Assembly (NCBI GenBank): GCA_003971905.1 | Contig: RSEE01000018.1 | Location: 682,001-746,000, forward strand | DNA length: 64,000 nucleotides | Direction: 5' to 3' | Origin: Moniliella sp. 'wahieum' | Taxonomy: Eukaryota | Shown here: piece by piece, positions 1 through 12,698 of the stretch | How the letters are laid out: each line of letters opens with the position of its first letter | Position numbering within the stretch: the first letter of the stretch is position 1 | Position numbers and translations under genes: made by a program | Notes under the pieces: generated by a model | Database searches by the model: none | Seen by the model: the letters and a program-made list of their open reading frames with translations, nothing else | What the model was told of the DNA's origin: nothing

Positions 1-925
1 GCGGGTGTGACCTACTCCCTCTCCTCTCTAAAGCCACTGCATCCTCAACGATCATCGATCATCGATATCGATATCACAGAATAAACTTCATATCGAAATG
101 ATCTCGCATCCCCACCCACACAACTCCCAAGTTGTCTGCCCACTGCTGCAGAGTAAAGAGAGATCAAAGACGCCTATCATCTCGTCCTCCTATTCCCCAG
201 CTCCGATGAAGCGAGCGAGGGGACGACGAGGATGCATAGTAGGAGCATTGAGCATTGCATCATGTCATTGAATTGTTTTGGAGCGTATGTGTGGACGGTC
301 AAAGCGCTCCCCCCTCTCCCCTCTAAGCTTTCCTTTCAGCACCCCTTTTTTGCCTCGACTCGAAAGAAATGGCGGAGTACTCGCACCGCCGACCATGAAT
401 AGATCAAACTGCATGAAAACTTCGTGCGCCTCTTTGTCATCTCCTGCCTCTCACGAATTTGACAAACAGCAAAAGTCAGAGTGGACATATTGTCACTGGC
501 GCTACCTGACCTTGGTCTCTACGATCCCGGGCGCAGGTTTATTGAGTCGGTCTACACCGTGTTCTCTACCCCACAAAACAAAACTGCATCGTGCCAATCG
601 CATCATTCGTCATCAACATCATCAATCGTTAACACAACCGTCGTCAACATCATTGTGACGCTCAGACGGAGCCCGAGTTCTTGCTTGTTCTCTCACTTTA
701 AGGCTCCCCTCTCCTTTTTTGATTAGGATTTCTCGTGTTGCAAGGACGGTGCCAACCGACTACTCTCCTTCCCTCAGTTCTCTCCAGGGCCGCAGTAGGC
801 GTTCATCGTTGTACAGTTAGTTCATTGGAAACGTAGTCGACAAGAGAATGTGGAATGGAATGGAGAATGGAATGGAATGAGAAAGAGTAGGAGAAGAGCT
901 GACCAGGTGATCACCTGATTGACGA

Positions 926-2583
926 TCACGGAAGTGGTTCCGTCGAGGAAGACAAGCGGTTGAGAGACAAGTAGGCATCCGTTCCGTAGCCTTCCATCGA
1001 GATCAACTTGAGGTCCCCGCCAAAGTACCGAGCGTAAAGACGGGCAAGGGGCAAGCCGTACCCGTACCCTGCCATGGGGGCCTTTTCGATACCTTCGCCC
1101 GGGTCCAACTCATCGGGATGGGCGGTAGTGTAGGTGTACGTCCAGATAAGCGGCATCTCACTTCGTGGGATGCCGCCTGCCTCATCGCTAATCTTGATCG
1201 TCAGGTCCTCTCTCCCGGCAACAACGATGACCTTGATCGGGGGGAAACTGTCCTCGTTCTCCACACCGTACCGTTCAACCACAGCACGAAGGGAGTTCTT
1301 GAGCAGTTCAAACAAACATGCTGCAGCGAGTCCTGATGTTAGCTCCAAGTCATCACGCGGTAGTAGTCAGGCCGTTTATTAGTGGAGATCAGAGTATACG
1401 TACGTTGAGATGAGAAGGAATACATGAATGTGAGATCCTTGGGACAAATCAGTTGGACGGGGGGACCTTTGAATAGACCAAAATGTTCTTCGCACACAAA
1501 TCGCGCATTCTCAATCGCTTCATGTGCAATTGCACACCAACGTGGGTGTTGGTACAGATGATCCCCACAAATTTTCCGAATAGGGTGCCTCGGTTCCACT
1601 GGTAGCTGCATCAGCCAGCGCATTGCGTCCCACGAGCGACTTGTTGCCAGCGGTAATGGAGTCGTGCAGACTTTCGCTGTTGCGAGCAAGGGCAATGTGC
1701 TGCCCAAGAAGAATACGGATTCCAATGCGAGAAAGATAGAAGCGATCGAGGAAGCGATGAATGTCCGTCTGCAAAGCCAGATTTTGCGTCGCCCGCTTGT
1801 ACTCCAACACACCTTGTGCCATTGTGGTTACAACCGGGTCATGCCTTCGCTTGATCTTCTCAAGACAATTGGTGAATTGTTCGTTGTACTCGTGCACCTC
1901 TGCTGGCCATTCGATTTCCTCCATGGCGGTCAGCGCGTTGGGGTCCGACGAGATGGGACGGAGGGCGGGCCGGTTGGGATCGTCGCCATGCAGATGGGCG
2001 GATTCGTCGCCATACAAAAGGCGGGTTGGGTTCGGCTCATTTGCCAACAACGACATGGCGTGGGCTGCGTTGGCATTGAGTACGTTCTGGAGCTTTGCCG
2101 GCAGCTTGGGCGGAGGAGGAAACTGGATCAGTTCCTGTGGAAGTAGATGGCATCAAATGTGGAAGGGTAGTTAGAGAAGGGCAGGAAACGGCTAGAGAAG
2201 GAGAGACACACCTGAAACGACTGGGCGTACCACTTCTTGACTCGCAGGATCGAAGGCATCTCACTTGCGTTCCGAGGTAGGTTGTGCAGCTCACTCACTC
2301 GTGCGGCCAGGCGGATGGGGAGTTCAGAACGAAGGAACTGACTGCCTTGCAGTAGCGAGCCGGGGGTAAGGTTGCGACCATAGTTGACCATGTACCTCAG
2401 CGACACACCCGTCTGACGGAAGGAGGAGTAGTGTTGGATCTGCTTCCAGAGCTCAGGGCCCAGCTTGAAGCTAGCGGGGAGGGAGAGGGCGCCGGGTGTC
2501 AGCTCAACTGCAGTGCGCTGCACCACACCTAGTGTAGAACTGGGCCATCGCTAACCGGATGGGTATTGCACGTACTCGGCCAT
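926..2583 (-). CDS. PDK: Mitochondrial pyruvate dehydrogenase kinase (PDK/BCKDK family), multi-exon
   Basis: N-term motifs QTGVSLRYMVNYG, FLRSELPIRLAARV, IKRRHDPVVTTMAQGVLE, FLDRFYLSRIGIRILLGQH; GHKL ATPase motifs FELLKNSLRA, KISDEAGGIP, MAGYGYGLPLARLYARYFGGDL. Likely ATG at 2583 followed by a GTACGT...CTAG intron giving MADFKLGPELW; further GT-AG introns. Confidence 0.95.
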
Positions 2584-2994
2584 CGTGTGTGGTGGGGGCA
2601 GTGAGCGGTTCGCGTGGAGTATGAAGAGAAGAAGGAGAGAGGAGGAGGGAGCGGGGGGAGGGGGAGACGGCGAGGGTGAAGGTGAAGGTGGTGAGTATAG
2701 GCAGTCGCGCACTGCAAATGCTCTGCTTGCCCCCAAGCCAGCGCCTCCCATCATGGCGCCTTCCCCGCACTTTCCGGCACAACCCGGGCAGGTGCATGCC
2801 GGTGCCTGGATTAGATAAGAGGGAGTAGCCCGCAGCTGGAATAGCCATACCGAATCGAAAACTAGTGGGGGGCGGAGAGGGCGGGAGACGCCACGGAAAG
2901 TGGTTAAACTTCATGTATCCCCCGTTCTGATCGATGTCCGATGATCGATGATCGATATTTGATCAATGGCCGGGATGATCGGACAGCGTTTAAC

Positions 2995-3000
2995 AAAAAA
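2995..3000 (-). terminator. RNA polymerase III T-tract terminator of the tRNA-Glu gene
   Basis: T6 run on the minus strand 3 nt after the discriminator base. Confidence 0.75.
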
Positions 3001-3003
3001 TTG

Positions 3004-3095
3004 TTCCCCAACCGGGAGTCGAACCCGGGTCTTCACGGATCAGCTCAGCGGAGGAGCTTGAAAGCGTGACATCATAGCCGTTGGACCATTGAGGA
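3004..3095 (-). tRNA. tRNA-Glu (anticodon TTC) with 20-nt intron (3039-3058)
   Basis: Minus strand reads TCCTCAA-TGGTCCAACGGCTATGATG-TCACG-CTTTCA-[intron]-C-CGTGA-AGAC-CCGGG-TTCGACT-CCCGG-TTGGGGA-A. Acceptor, anticodon and T stems pair; intron lies at the canonical 37/38 position. Confidence 0.95.
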
Positions 3096-3590
3096 GCTGT
3101 GGTGGAGCCCGCCATAACAGAGGTGTGTGACAAAGAACAAAAGATCATTCCTTAGGCCTTACCGCCGTTACCGGTTACCCTTCAATCGATATTTAAACCT
3201 TACCGAGGACAGGTCTGTTAAACAATTGCAGCAACAGCAACGACAAAAAGCAAAGTATAGATGATGAATAGGTCGGTACAATAGCCAGCCAGAGTGAGCT
3301 GGCAAGGTGGCAGGGGGGCGGGGGAACAAGGAGAGGAAACCAGAAGAGTGGACGGTGGAAGAGGCATATAGGAGAATGGCTGCGAGGGGGAAGGGGAAGG
3401 TAACGCTTAACGGGGAATGTGTTCAACCAACTAACGGCATTAGCAAACGCATGACAAAGACTGGCCCACAAAAGCAGGTCCGCCTAGCTGACGAGACTGG
3501 TGGGAGCAAAGTGCAACGAGACAACGAGCAACGAGGGCAACACGACCAAAGTAGGGCGAGAATGGACTCTCTCCTGAGACCTGAATCGAA

Positions 3591-6500
3591 TCAAGCCGAC
3601 TCGACATCCAGCCCACGTTCTGCCACCTCGGGATCCAGACCAACTCGCTCTCCCCGCCCGAGGAAACAGGCGGGTAACGCGAACTCGGCTCTCGTCCCTG
3701 AGTCTGGGTCTGGGTCTGAGTCTGGGTCTCGGCCTCAGCCGCACGCCGGCCTAGAAACCGACACAGATCGCCCAGCACATCCGTCGCACTTTCTTGAGCA
3801 TCCAGCAACCCCAACCGGTCATTTGACCACAGCTCCGGACCGTCGTCCCCACTTCCAAGGATGGGTACAGCGGCACGCAACCGCGGGGGCACGACGCGGG
3901 TGAGGGTACGACGCAATGCCAAAGCGCGGTCGAGCAAGGTAGTAGCTGCCGCGGCTTGACAAGGGCCGCCTTGGAAGATGGTGCGGTTGAGACCCATGTG
4001 GCGTAAAAAGGAGAGCCATTGCAAGCCGGCATGAGCCAAGGAGAAGATCGCGCGGTCGTCGGCTAGACTTGCGCTCGCGTTAGAGGCAGTGGGTTCGAGG
4101 GCGGAAAGAGGTTCATCCAGTGCGCCGGACCGAGGACGAGATCGACACATGCCGCCGCGGCCGCACGTGCACCCAGCATGGGCGAACCCGATTGCAGAGC
4201 AGTAAGGAGAGGCAGGGCCACTTTCACCGCCCCGTCCGCGTCGGCCTGGAGGAAAGACCAGATGGCGAGGGTGATTTGGGTGAGGTAGTACGCCGGGGTG
4301 GCCTCAACAGTTTTGCTCTGTAGACGGTCCAACAGCGCTTGTAGTGCAACTCGCGTCTCCACCGTGCCTGCAGCCGAGGAGGTGAGCAAGTCAATCTTGA
4401 GGAGACCACGGCGAAGACGACCGAAAAATTCGCGCAAGAACGCATTGACATCTACGCCTCCACCGGGAGCGTTGGCCTGCTCGGTCGGCAGTTGCGATTG
4501 GCCCCTCGGAAGCGACCCTGACGCTGACGCAATTGGGTTGGAAGTGAATTCCCTCTCGCGCCGCACACGGGCGCCGAGGGTAGTGGGGCTGGCTAAGGTG
4601 ATGAGGTAGGGAAGGAGAGTGGACCAAATGGCGTAGAGGGCAGCCATGTCAGTCGTGTTGGCAATCAAAAGAAGGGGTGATCCTAAGAAAAGGAGGGACT
4701 CTTTGTCTCCCTTGACCAACGCTGCTGCCGCCGACGTTTCCGCCTCGGACGGAAGCAGGAATAATGCGTCTTCCAACGGAAGGTTCAGCACGTCCGGCAG
4801 CCAGCCCGTCTGGTGCAGCTGGGCTCGGGCATGAGTCCACTGGGACAGTGCGTATTTCCGGGTTACAAGCCCCACCGCATGCGTAGGCGAGCCCAAACGG
4901 CCAAGAGCAAGAGCCAAGAGGCCATGTACACGCGCTGCGGTCGCGTCATTCGAGACAGTATACGCGTCTTCTGGCTCTTCGTCCTCCCTCTGGTCCGCCC
5001 AGTCAGGCTCTTGCTCCTCCGTCTCATCCAATGCCCGAGCAATCAAATCGACCTGGAGGATCGTGTGAACCTTACGGAGTAGGGAACGCTCCACAAAGGC
5101 GCCCCAGGCCGTCTCGAGGCCCAACAAACGAGTCCACGCATCGGCCTCAGCTCGTGCTGCGATGGAGGCAAGGACGCGAGGCGGCTGAACGCCCGCCCAC
5201 GACCGAATGTTCCGTTCTGAACGAACGCATTTTCTCCAACGCCAGCTCGTATAGGTCCCCAATTATCCGAGAAGTGCACCTGGGCCTGATTGAGGCGCAC
5301 CAACAAACGCCCGCAGGCCTGGGCTGCCGCAACGGGAGTCAAGGTAGGCGGGCCAAGGCCGCATCCAGCGTGAGGCGGCGATTGCGAAGGGTAGTGCGCT
5401 TCCCATTCGCATAAGAGGCCTTTGACATGGAGGAAGATTGTTTGAGGAGTGTATAGTAAAGTGGATAAAGAGTAAATAGAGCGCACACGACGAACGACAG
5501 AAAGCGGACCACCTCGATTAGCAAGGTCCAAGTTGAGACATGGTCATAGTGATGCACCCCCACAGGATTGAAAGGGTAGCACGCTTCCAGAGTTGCTGCG
5601 AAGCCCCTAAAGCGCGTCCACCGGGGTGGGAGGCCGAACCCGGATGATGTAGTTCCGAATTGGTGCCCATCATGGTGAAGCCAAGAAAGATGGCCATAAC
5701 GTACGACCCGGTCGATTGCGCCACACCAAACGAACCTTCAGCGGAGGCAGAGCCAGAGGGCATATCATCCAACTCGTCATCAGAATCCAGCAAGAAGTCG
5801 TCCATGGGATCGTCCGGCTTGTCCTCCTCTTTGATCGGTCGGAGAGCTGCCAACCGATCCTCTTCAGCATCCCGTTCCCCCGCGTCTGCTCCATCTCTTG
5901 TAGCCACACAAGCAACACATCGTCTCCCCCGCGGAACGAGCGGATCAGCTCCTTCAGTCCCTCCCTCGGACGAGAGCTGAATCTCACGCTTCTTGAGGTG
6001 ATGAATGTACTCAGTCGCTTTGCCCAAGATCGTTGCCTTGTTGAGTTTGGTTGCTGCACTGACACCATCCACGAGGTCCTCGGGCATTCCCTTTTTGCGT
6101 GGCTTTCGCGGGACCAGAGACGTGGAGCCACCATTGTTCTTGGGTCAAGTCACGCAGCGCTGGGACGGCATTACGGAGGGTAGCGATGCGGTCGTTGATG
6201 TTATTACGGTAGCGGCGCTCGATCGCATTGTGTGGTACCTTGTTACGCGCTGCCTCGTCTGGGTCGGAACCTTGCGCCGACTGCGACGCCGCGTCTTTTG
6301 GGCTGCTTCTTCCGCCTCCTGTTGAACTTGAACCAGGGTTGGGTGGTTGGCCTGGTGGATGAGACGAGCTTGCTGGCGGAAATGCAGCTGCATCATGATC
6401 GAGTTCATGCTGTCAAAGGCTGAAACGGATGGAAATAATAGAAGTTAGTACGGTATCCTCTCAAGCCAGGATGCCAGGATGCCAGCACAAGGACAAGGAA

Positions 6501-8026
6501 GGAAACTTGGGCACTCACCTCCTGGCGGCAGGATGCCCCACTTGGTCTTGTCGGCTAGGTCTTCGATTTTGACCATGTTCTTGGCATGGATGGTAAGCTT
6601 GTGCGCCAAGGATGTATCCGATTTGATGCGTTTGCTCGGGTCCGTGTCTTGAAGCCTTTGGTTGGAGAGACGATGCTTCAAAGCCAAATCCTTAGGGGTG
6701 CCATCCAACGTCGCGGCTCGGCCACGGCCGCGGCGGATCGGACCAAGACTGCCTTGATTGTCGGCAGGGGGCCAGGACCCACCGTGGCATCCGATGATGA
6801 TGGGTTGCGATAAGGAGCTGAGGTCGATCCGAATGCACCTGACGACGGAGGCGAATGGGAGGAGGACTTGCCCTGTTTGTTTGTCGAGCTCTGCCAGTTG
6901 GGGAAATCAGGAGCAAATGTGGCCGACAGGGGCGCCATGACTGACGGCTGGTCGGGGATAGAGTCTGCCAAACGTGTTGGGCGCTGCCGACCTCTTGGGC
7001 GTTTGATAAGGACAGCGAGAGTGGGCGTTGAGGAGGGGGGGCAAGCGGGGTAGGCATGGACGCTGTACCCGACGAGAACTGTTGAGAGTCGCTATAAGGC
7101 AGCAACTGGGTCACATTGAGGTTGGATGGGAACACTCCAGCTGCGTTGCCTTGTGCGTTCACCCCCGGGTTGAAAGCAGGAACGTAACAGAAGGGCCCGG
7201 CCGGGGTGAAGGAGGGGTTCTGCGACGGAGTCGAATCGCCAGAAGAGGTGTCGATCGCTGATTGGGACCAAGGTGTACCTGAACCCTGTTGGGGCAATAC
7301 CGACGCACCCAGACTGGGATCCAAATTGCTGTTCGTACTGCTGTTGCTGTTGTTGTGGTTGCTGTTGCTGCTGCTGCGGCTGCTGCGGGGATGGCAGCGG
7401 CTGTTGCTGCTGCACAGAGGAAAAAGAAAACGGATCCATCATGGGATTCGGCTGCCCGCTCTGCTCACCAGTGGGTTGTAGGTATTGAGCAGTGAAGTCA
7501 CGTCAAATCCAAGTTGTGGATACTGGCCTTCCGGCACTGCCTGGCCACCAGAGGCAAAGCTGGCCAGGCCAGAGTCTGGCTGGGTGCGAAGATCGGTTCG
7601 CATGGTTTGCTGGGAGATGGAGGGGCGACCAGAAGTGTCCGAGGAAGACAGGCCCGGAGAGAGTGACATGCCTACGACGGCTCGGAGGCAGAGTAGGAGG
7701 AGAAGGCCGGGGTGCCCGACTCGGATGGGCCGTCGGGCTGACGTGGCGGGGTGGCGTTGACTCCCGAAGGCGTTTGGAGATGGGTGGGAGAGATGACGCC
7801 GGGGTTGATGGGGGTGCGTCCGGTGGGAGGACAGTCGGGCGGCGAGGGCTGAGCTGGGAGAGGGAAAAGCATGGTCTGGAACGCAGCATTGTCGACGCCC
7901 GTCGCGGGTTGGTAGCGGCTCGACGCCGTCTGCGGGGGGGCTGGGAGAGCCGCCGTTGAGGGCGACGCTGTGGAGGTACATGGCCAGCGATGCATCGTAC
8001 GGCTGCTGCTGGACAGGCGCGGCCAT
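3591..8026 (-). CDS. SRE1: SREBP-family bHLH transcription factor (Sre1-like), multi-exon, frameshifted in this assembly
   Basis: Basic region KVPHNAIERRYRNNINDRIATLRNAVPALRDL (~6145-6242) has the SREBP-diagnostic Tyr; helix 2 KLNKATILGKATEYIHHLKKRE; hydrophobic segment SYVMAIFLGFTMMG; long helical C-terminal region; polyQ in the N-terminus. Both ends approximate. Confidence 0.88.
7323..7413 (-). repeat. CAG/CAA trinucleotide tract encoding polyQ in the SREBP N-terminus
   Basis: ctgttgctgttgttg... on the + strand; translates QQQQPLPSPQQPQQQQQQPQQQQQQ on the minus strand. Confidence 0.85.
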
Positions 8027-9254
8027 GCTGGGCGAGGAGCGTGGCGGCGGCGGTGGTGGCGGGGCGAAACGAGGGCGACGGGCTGGGCCAGACAGGCAAA
8101 GGCGGGAGCGCAAGGGTTGAAGATGCCTGCGGACCCTGCTAGGGCCGGTGTGGGACAAACTGTGGCGTCTGAATATTGAATCTGAGCGGCTGAGCGCTGA
8201 GCCTCAGCGCTCAGCGTGCTGCACGGGGAGGCTGAGTAACGAGTGCGCTGCTGCCCGGGCGCTCTGACAACAGTGGTGAGCGTTGCACGTACTGTGCTAG
8301 CGCCAGACGGGCAACGTACGTAACGCTAACGTAACCGCGTAACCCTGTTTAACCACCCTTGGCGTTGCACACAGCCCCCGCGCCCACCGCGCGGGGAGTG
8401 CCATGCGTCACACACCCCTGGCCGCTGTCTGGGTAGTGCGGCGTCCTGGCTGCATCCCCTGCTGCCGCCCAGTGCCCGCCCCGCCCTGCCACGGCCCAGC
8501 GCCACGGGCGTCTGCCACCCTCGCATGCACCGGGCTGCTGCTGCCGCGCCCCAGCAGCAGCCCACGCAAACAGAAGAGGCCTGGTGCAACGCAGTGCAGC
8601 ATGCAGACAGCCAAGCACCCACCCGCACGCACTGCGCCGCCCTCCCACCCGCCACCCTCCCCCCGCTCACCGGCCGCCTGCTCCCCGTCCAATCGAAGCC
8701 TACAGCATCCGGCCAGTCTGGCCAGTGCACCCTGCCCCCGCCCCATCCCGATCCGGGCCCTGTTGACACCCCTGCTGGCACAGCAGCAGTGTCCAGCCCC
8801 AGCAAGCCCCAGGCTGGGGCTGGTACCGGGCAAGAATAACCGGCAACCGGTGACCGAGGGGTGTATCTGTCCTGGCGCCAGAGTAACGTGCCCTGGAGGC
8901 ATCTTGGATTCAATATTCAATCTCCAGAGCCTTGAGCGCTTCAGCGCACTCAGCCGGAAGAACCTGCGTGTGGTCCTCTGGCCCGCGTACCCCGTCCCGA
9001 TCTTCGCTACTGAAATTACTGAAACCAGCCGCCACGATCGCCAATCTCAGACATCGATCAGGATTGCTTTGCTGCGTATTGCATTGACCGCATGCAAACC
9101 TTACGTAGCGCGTGGCGCCTTACGTTACGCGCTGCGGTTGGTAGTCGACGCTGCGCTTGACCTCTCGTTTCAACTCAAGCTCCACCGTCGTAGCATGCGA
9201 CAAGAACCCATTGGCAGAGTGGGAACTGGGAACCAGCAGTCGATAATCTGTCGT

Positions 9255-9622
9255 CTAACGTTTAAGTAACTAGTAACTAGTAGCACCTTACTTCCGTGTC
9301 ACACGCCACATATCACTATCACACACTACGTCTTCCGAGGTATTAGCTCGTCACGCGTCACGCGTCACTCGCGCCATGGCTCACGCGCTCTGGGAGGATC
9401 ACCGAATCACTGTCACTAGTGTCACTGGTCCCTAAGTCACTAGTCACTAGTCACTAGGTCACTAGTTCCACGAGTTGTGAGAACGTACCCAAGGCTTTGC
9501 GGCGTTAACGTCGTTAACGTTTAACGTTTAACATTTAACGTTTAGTACGTTTACCCTTCGGTGGTTACTTATTGCAAGACCGGGTACCGGATACCGGGGT
9601 TACCCGCAGTTACCTACCGGTT
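9255..9622. repeat. Cluster of 7-bp-period palindromic arrays (TAA-CTAG, TCA-CGCG, TCA-CTAG, TTA-ACGT)
   Basis: taactagtaactagta; tcacgcgtcacgcgtca (9351); gtcactagtcactagtcactag; ttaacgtttaacgtttaacatttaacgtttagtac (9514-9548). Confidence 0.9.
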
Positions 9623-12600
9623 GTCGCACCCATGGCCACGTCACTTGTCGTTTCAAATTTCACGATTCAAGGTGACCGGTGAATATGAATTCCAACGGCT
9701 CAAATTTCAAAGGCCTGTAAAGCGCCAACGCTTCCAAATCGAAAGGCCCACGTGCTATAGAGTGCGGGGGATCCCTACGGGCTGATTCAGCTGTGGAGGA
9801 ACCGTCAGCTTCAAGCTTCAGAAAGGCGCGAACAAGGAAGGTAAAGTGGTGGGCCCCAAAAGGTTTTAAGCACTTCTTTAAGGAAGGAGACAGGAGACAG
9901 AGGAGACAGAAGACAGAGAGGGGAGATAATTGCGAATAGGAGGAGTACCAGCAGAACCATTCCTACCTAACCACAACAATCATTAAGCGCGAGAGCGCCG
10001 AAATACGGTCCATACACGTGCTTAGGATCACGAGGCGATCGCCACTTCCCACCGCCCACGCCTCCTAAACCGTCAGCAAGGCCAGCAGCGTCAGACCCTG
10101 TCGCATGACCGGTTGTTCAAGGTGTACTATCGATCTGGGTCGAAGAATGACGGGGATACTCCTGTTGCTGATGACGTATTCCGTCGCCCCGCCCTCTCGC
10201 CGGCTCTAGCCCTCCCGTGGCTGTGCTTCAGACTTTTGTGGGAGCTGTCGGCCCGTGCTCGAGCTCATACCCAGTTAGTCCGATCCACCGTTGGGCGCGC
10301 GCTTGGAGTCCGACGGGATTAACACCGCATTCGCGAGACTTGGTGCCCCCTGTAGACCCACGTTGGACCGCGGCGGCCTCCTCTCTCCCCAGCTCTTAAG
10401 GTTCGTGATGGCTTCCTGTGGGGGCTTGTGAGCGGATCTATGTCCCTCAATGCCCCTCTCCGGACGGCCATCCTTTTGCAGGCCCGCGATTCAGCGCCGT
10501 AAGGACGTAAAGTATCAGGCGCATAACAAGACGGCTAGATGTACGGTCGCACTACTTACTGCCCCCTATTTCAAGGTCTGTCAACTCACTTTTGACGATG
10601 GAGTACATTACGGTGCGAATTCCTGGTCGGGTGTGGGAAACAGGTTGAGCAAGATGATGCACTTTTCATCCGTTTGCTCACGCGAACGACACGGCGCTGC
10701 GACTAGCTCACCAGTCTGTCCACAACGTCTTCCGCTACCATATGGCCTGCCGCGCGACTTGTGATGAGAGACCGTGGTCTCACCTTCACGAGCCACTTTT
10801 GGCGAACCCTCCGGTTCAGAATTGGGCATCAACCCGAGGATCGTAAGTACGGCTTATCATACACCACCCCTAGTTGAACAGACAGACAGAGAGAGTGACC
10901 AGGATATTTTCGTTGCTACCGGGATGAGCAGCAGTATATAACTGGGTTGATCTTCTCCCCACGGCCGAGTCTGCTTACAACTCATCCCCCAACTCCAGTA
11001 GCACAGGCGCATTGCTCCCGTTGCTTTGCGTACGGTTTCCCTCCTCGATAGCGGGGGAGAGGGTCAAACTCTTGATGCGTTTCGAAATAGTAGTTGTATC
11101 CAGCTGAGACGCGGGGGACCCTTCAGGTTAGAGAAGGGGAAAGACAAGGGTTAGTGAACACATTCGGGAGACCCTTTCTGAGTGGGGAACGAGAGGAAAT
11201 CAAACTGGCCACAGTTGCGCTCCATCCCCATAGTAGACGAAGCATGAGGAAGAACATCGAATGGACCCACAGACTCCGAGGGGGGCCTATCGTCCCCAAA
11301 AGGATATGCGGGTAGTCGAGGTCTCTTTGTCTACCCGCCATGGTAGGACCGCTCCACCATTGACTAGGTTGGGGCTGGAACCAAGCTCTGTTAAGATTGT
11401 GGACAAAGTGTCGGGCCTTCGGATCAGATTTCCGGAAGCCCGTAACATGATGAGACTTTTTGGTCTCACTTTTAAAACCACTGCATCGGGGAGATGGCAT
11501 CGCTATTAGATTGACTGACCACCTGGAAACCGCGGCATACTCCGTATGTGTAGATGGGCCAGAGCCCCATTGCTCATGTTTGGAGCAGAACTTTAGTCCA
11601 GGTGAGGAAAGCAAGTAGGCTTCCTATTATATAGCCAAAACTCTTCGCCGGCCCCCGTCTTTTTCCGTCAACGGTGAGATACAGACATCAGGCTCCTCTT
11701 CATAAGGGGTGTCCTCACGCCTAAAGAAACGGATTCCCTTTATATCAAGTGGGCGAGGCGCGGTAGTGTATATACTTCCCTGTCGTCTGAAAACAGGCAT
11801 GGGGTGCATGGACCCTGACATTATCATTAGTAGACCCTTGTGCCACCACGCGCACAACGGGTGTGGATATATATGAAAGCATCCCCCCTTTATCCGTGGC
11901 GCTAAATCTCGGCCCCTCGTTCCACCAAACTGTCCGCGGCCATCGCCTTGGCTGTGTCTGGGGCTACACCTTCAGTGCAGACCTTGGGGGCAAAAGCGAA
12001 GTAGCGACCTTGGGTCCTCCTGCCAAATAGGACACCAAGCACCATTACCGGGTGCCCCCTTGGTCGATGGTCGATGCTCAGGCATGTTGAACGTTTCATG
12101 TGGCCCGTAGGGACTAGGTAGGGACTAGGGAATGGGCACTGGTTAAAATCTAAAAGTTGATGATTCAATGTTTAACGTTGGGTGAGGCTCTAGGCGCCAC
12201 ACACCGCCCCATGCCCGGCCGACGGAGGCCGCAGCTTAGAGGCACCCCGGCACTGTGGATCGGCAGCGCGGGTGGCTCGATGACGTCGGGCCTGCGCTCG
12301 GGGCCGGCACACAGGCGGGGCGCGATGCATGCTGCTAGATGATCGATGATCCATCGATGCGCCTCGGCCGTCAGCGCAGAACACTGGTGCTGTGCTGCGG
12401 ATGATGGCGCTTGGATCTCAGCGAGCTCCGATCCAGACTCAGATCCCTGGTCGATGATCGATGATCGATGATCGACGTCGAGGCGCAGAGGGCGCCACAG
12501 ACCACAAGGCGGCACCGGTTACTGGGTTGCCTGCCGCACGGGGGCAGTGGGGCCGCCATCCGCACTGCGTCGGTCCCGAGTCGCCGGCCTGGTCCAGCCG

Positions 12601-12698
12601 CAAAAGCGCTGCTGGGGCATTTTTGGTCCCCACCACCACTGCTGCCCCCGCTGGCCTTGCCCCTCTCCCCTTTCCCCTCCTCTCCCTCCCTGCCCGCC

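Noticed and set aside
851..880. (TGGAA)n run as a centromeric or telomeric satellite
   Set aside because: Only about 30 bp and located in the PDK 3' flank; an ordinary microsatellite.
2551..2583. Apparent uORF MAEYVQYPSG before PDK
   Set aside because: Better read as the true start exon (ATG GCC GA) followed by a GTACGT intron donor.
8326..9269. Long overlapping ORFs upstream of SRE1 (similar ones at 31800-33228 and 47272-48281)
   Set aside because: They arise from stop-poor GC-rich promoter DNA; translations are low-complexity in all frames with no domain.
9830..12150. Retrotransposon or DNA-transposon relic
   Set aside because: I could find no RT, integrase or transposase motifs, LTRs, TIRs or target-site duplications.
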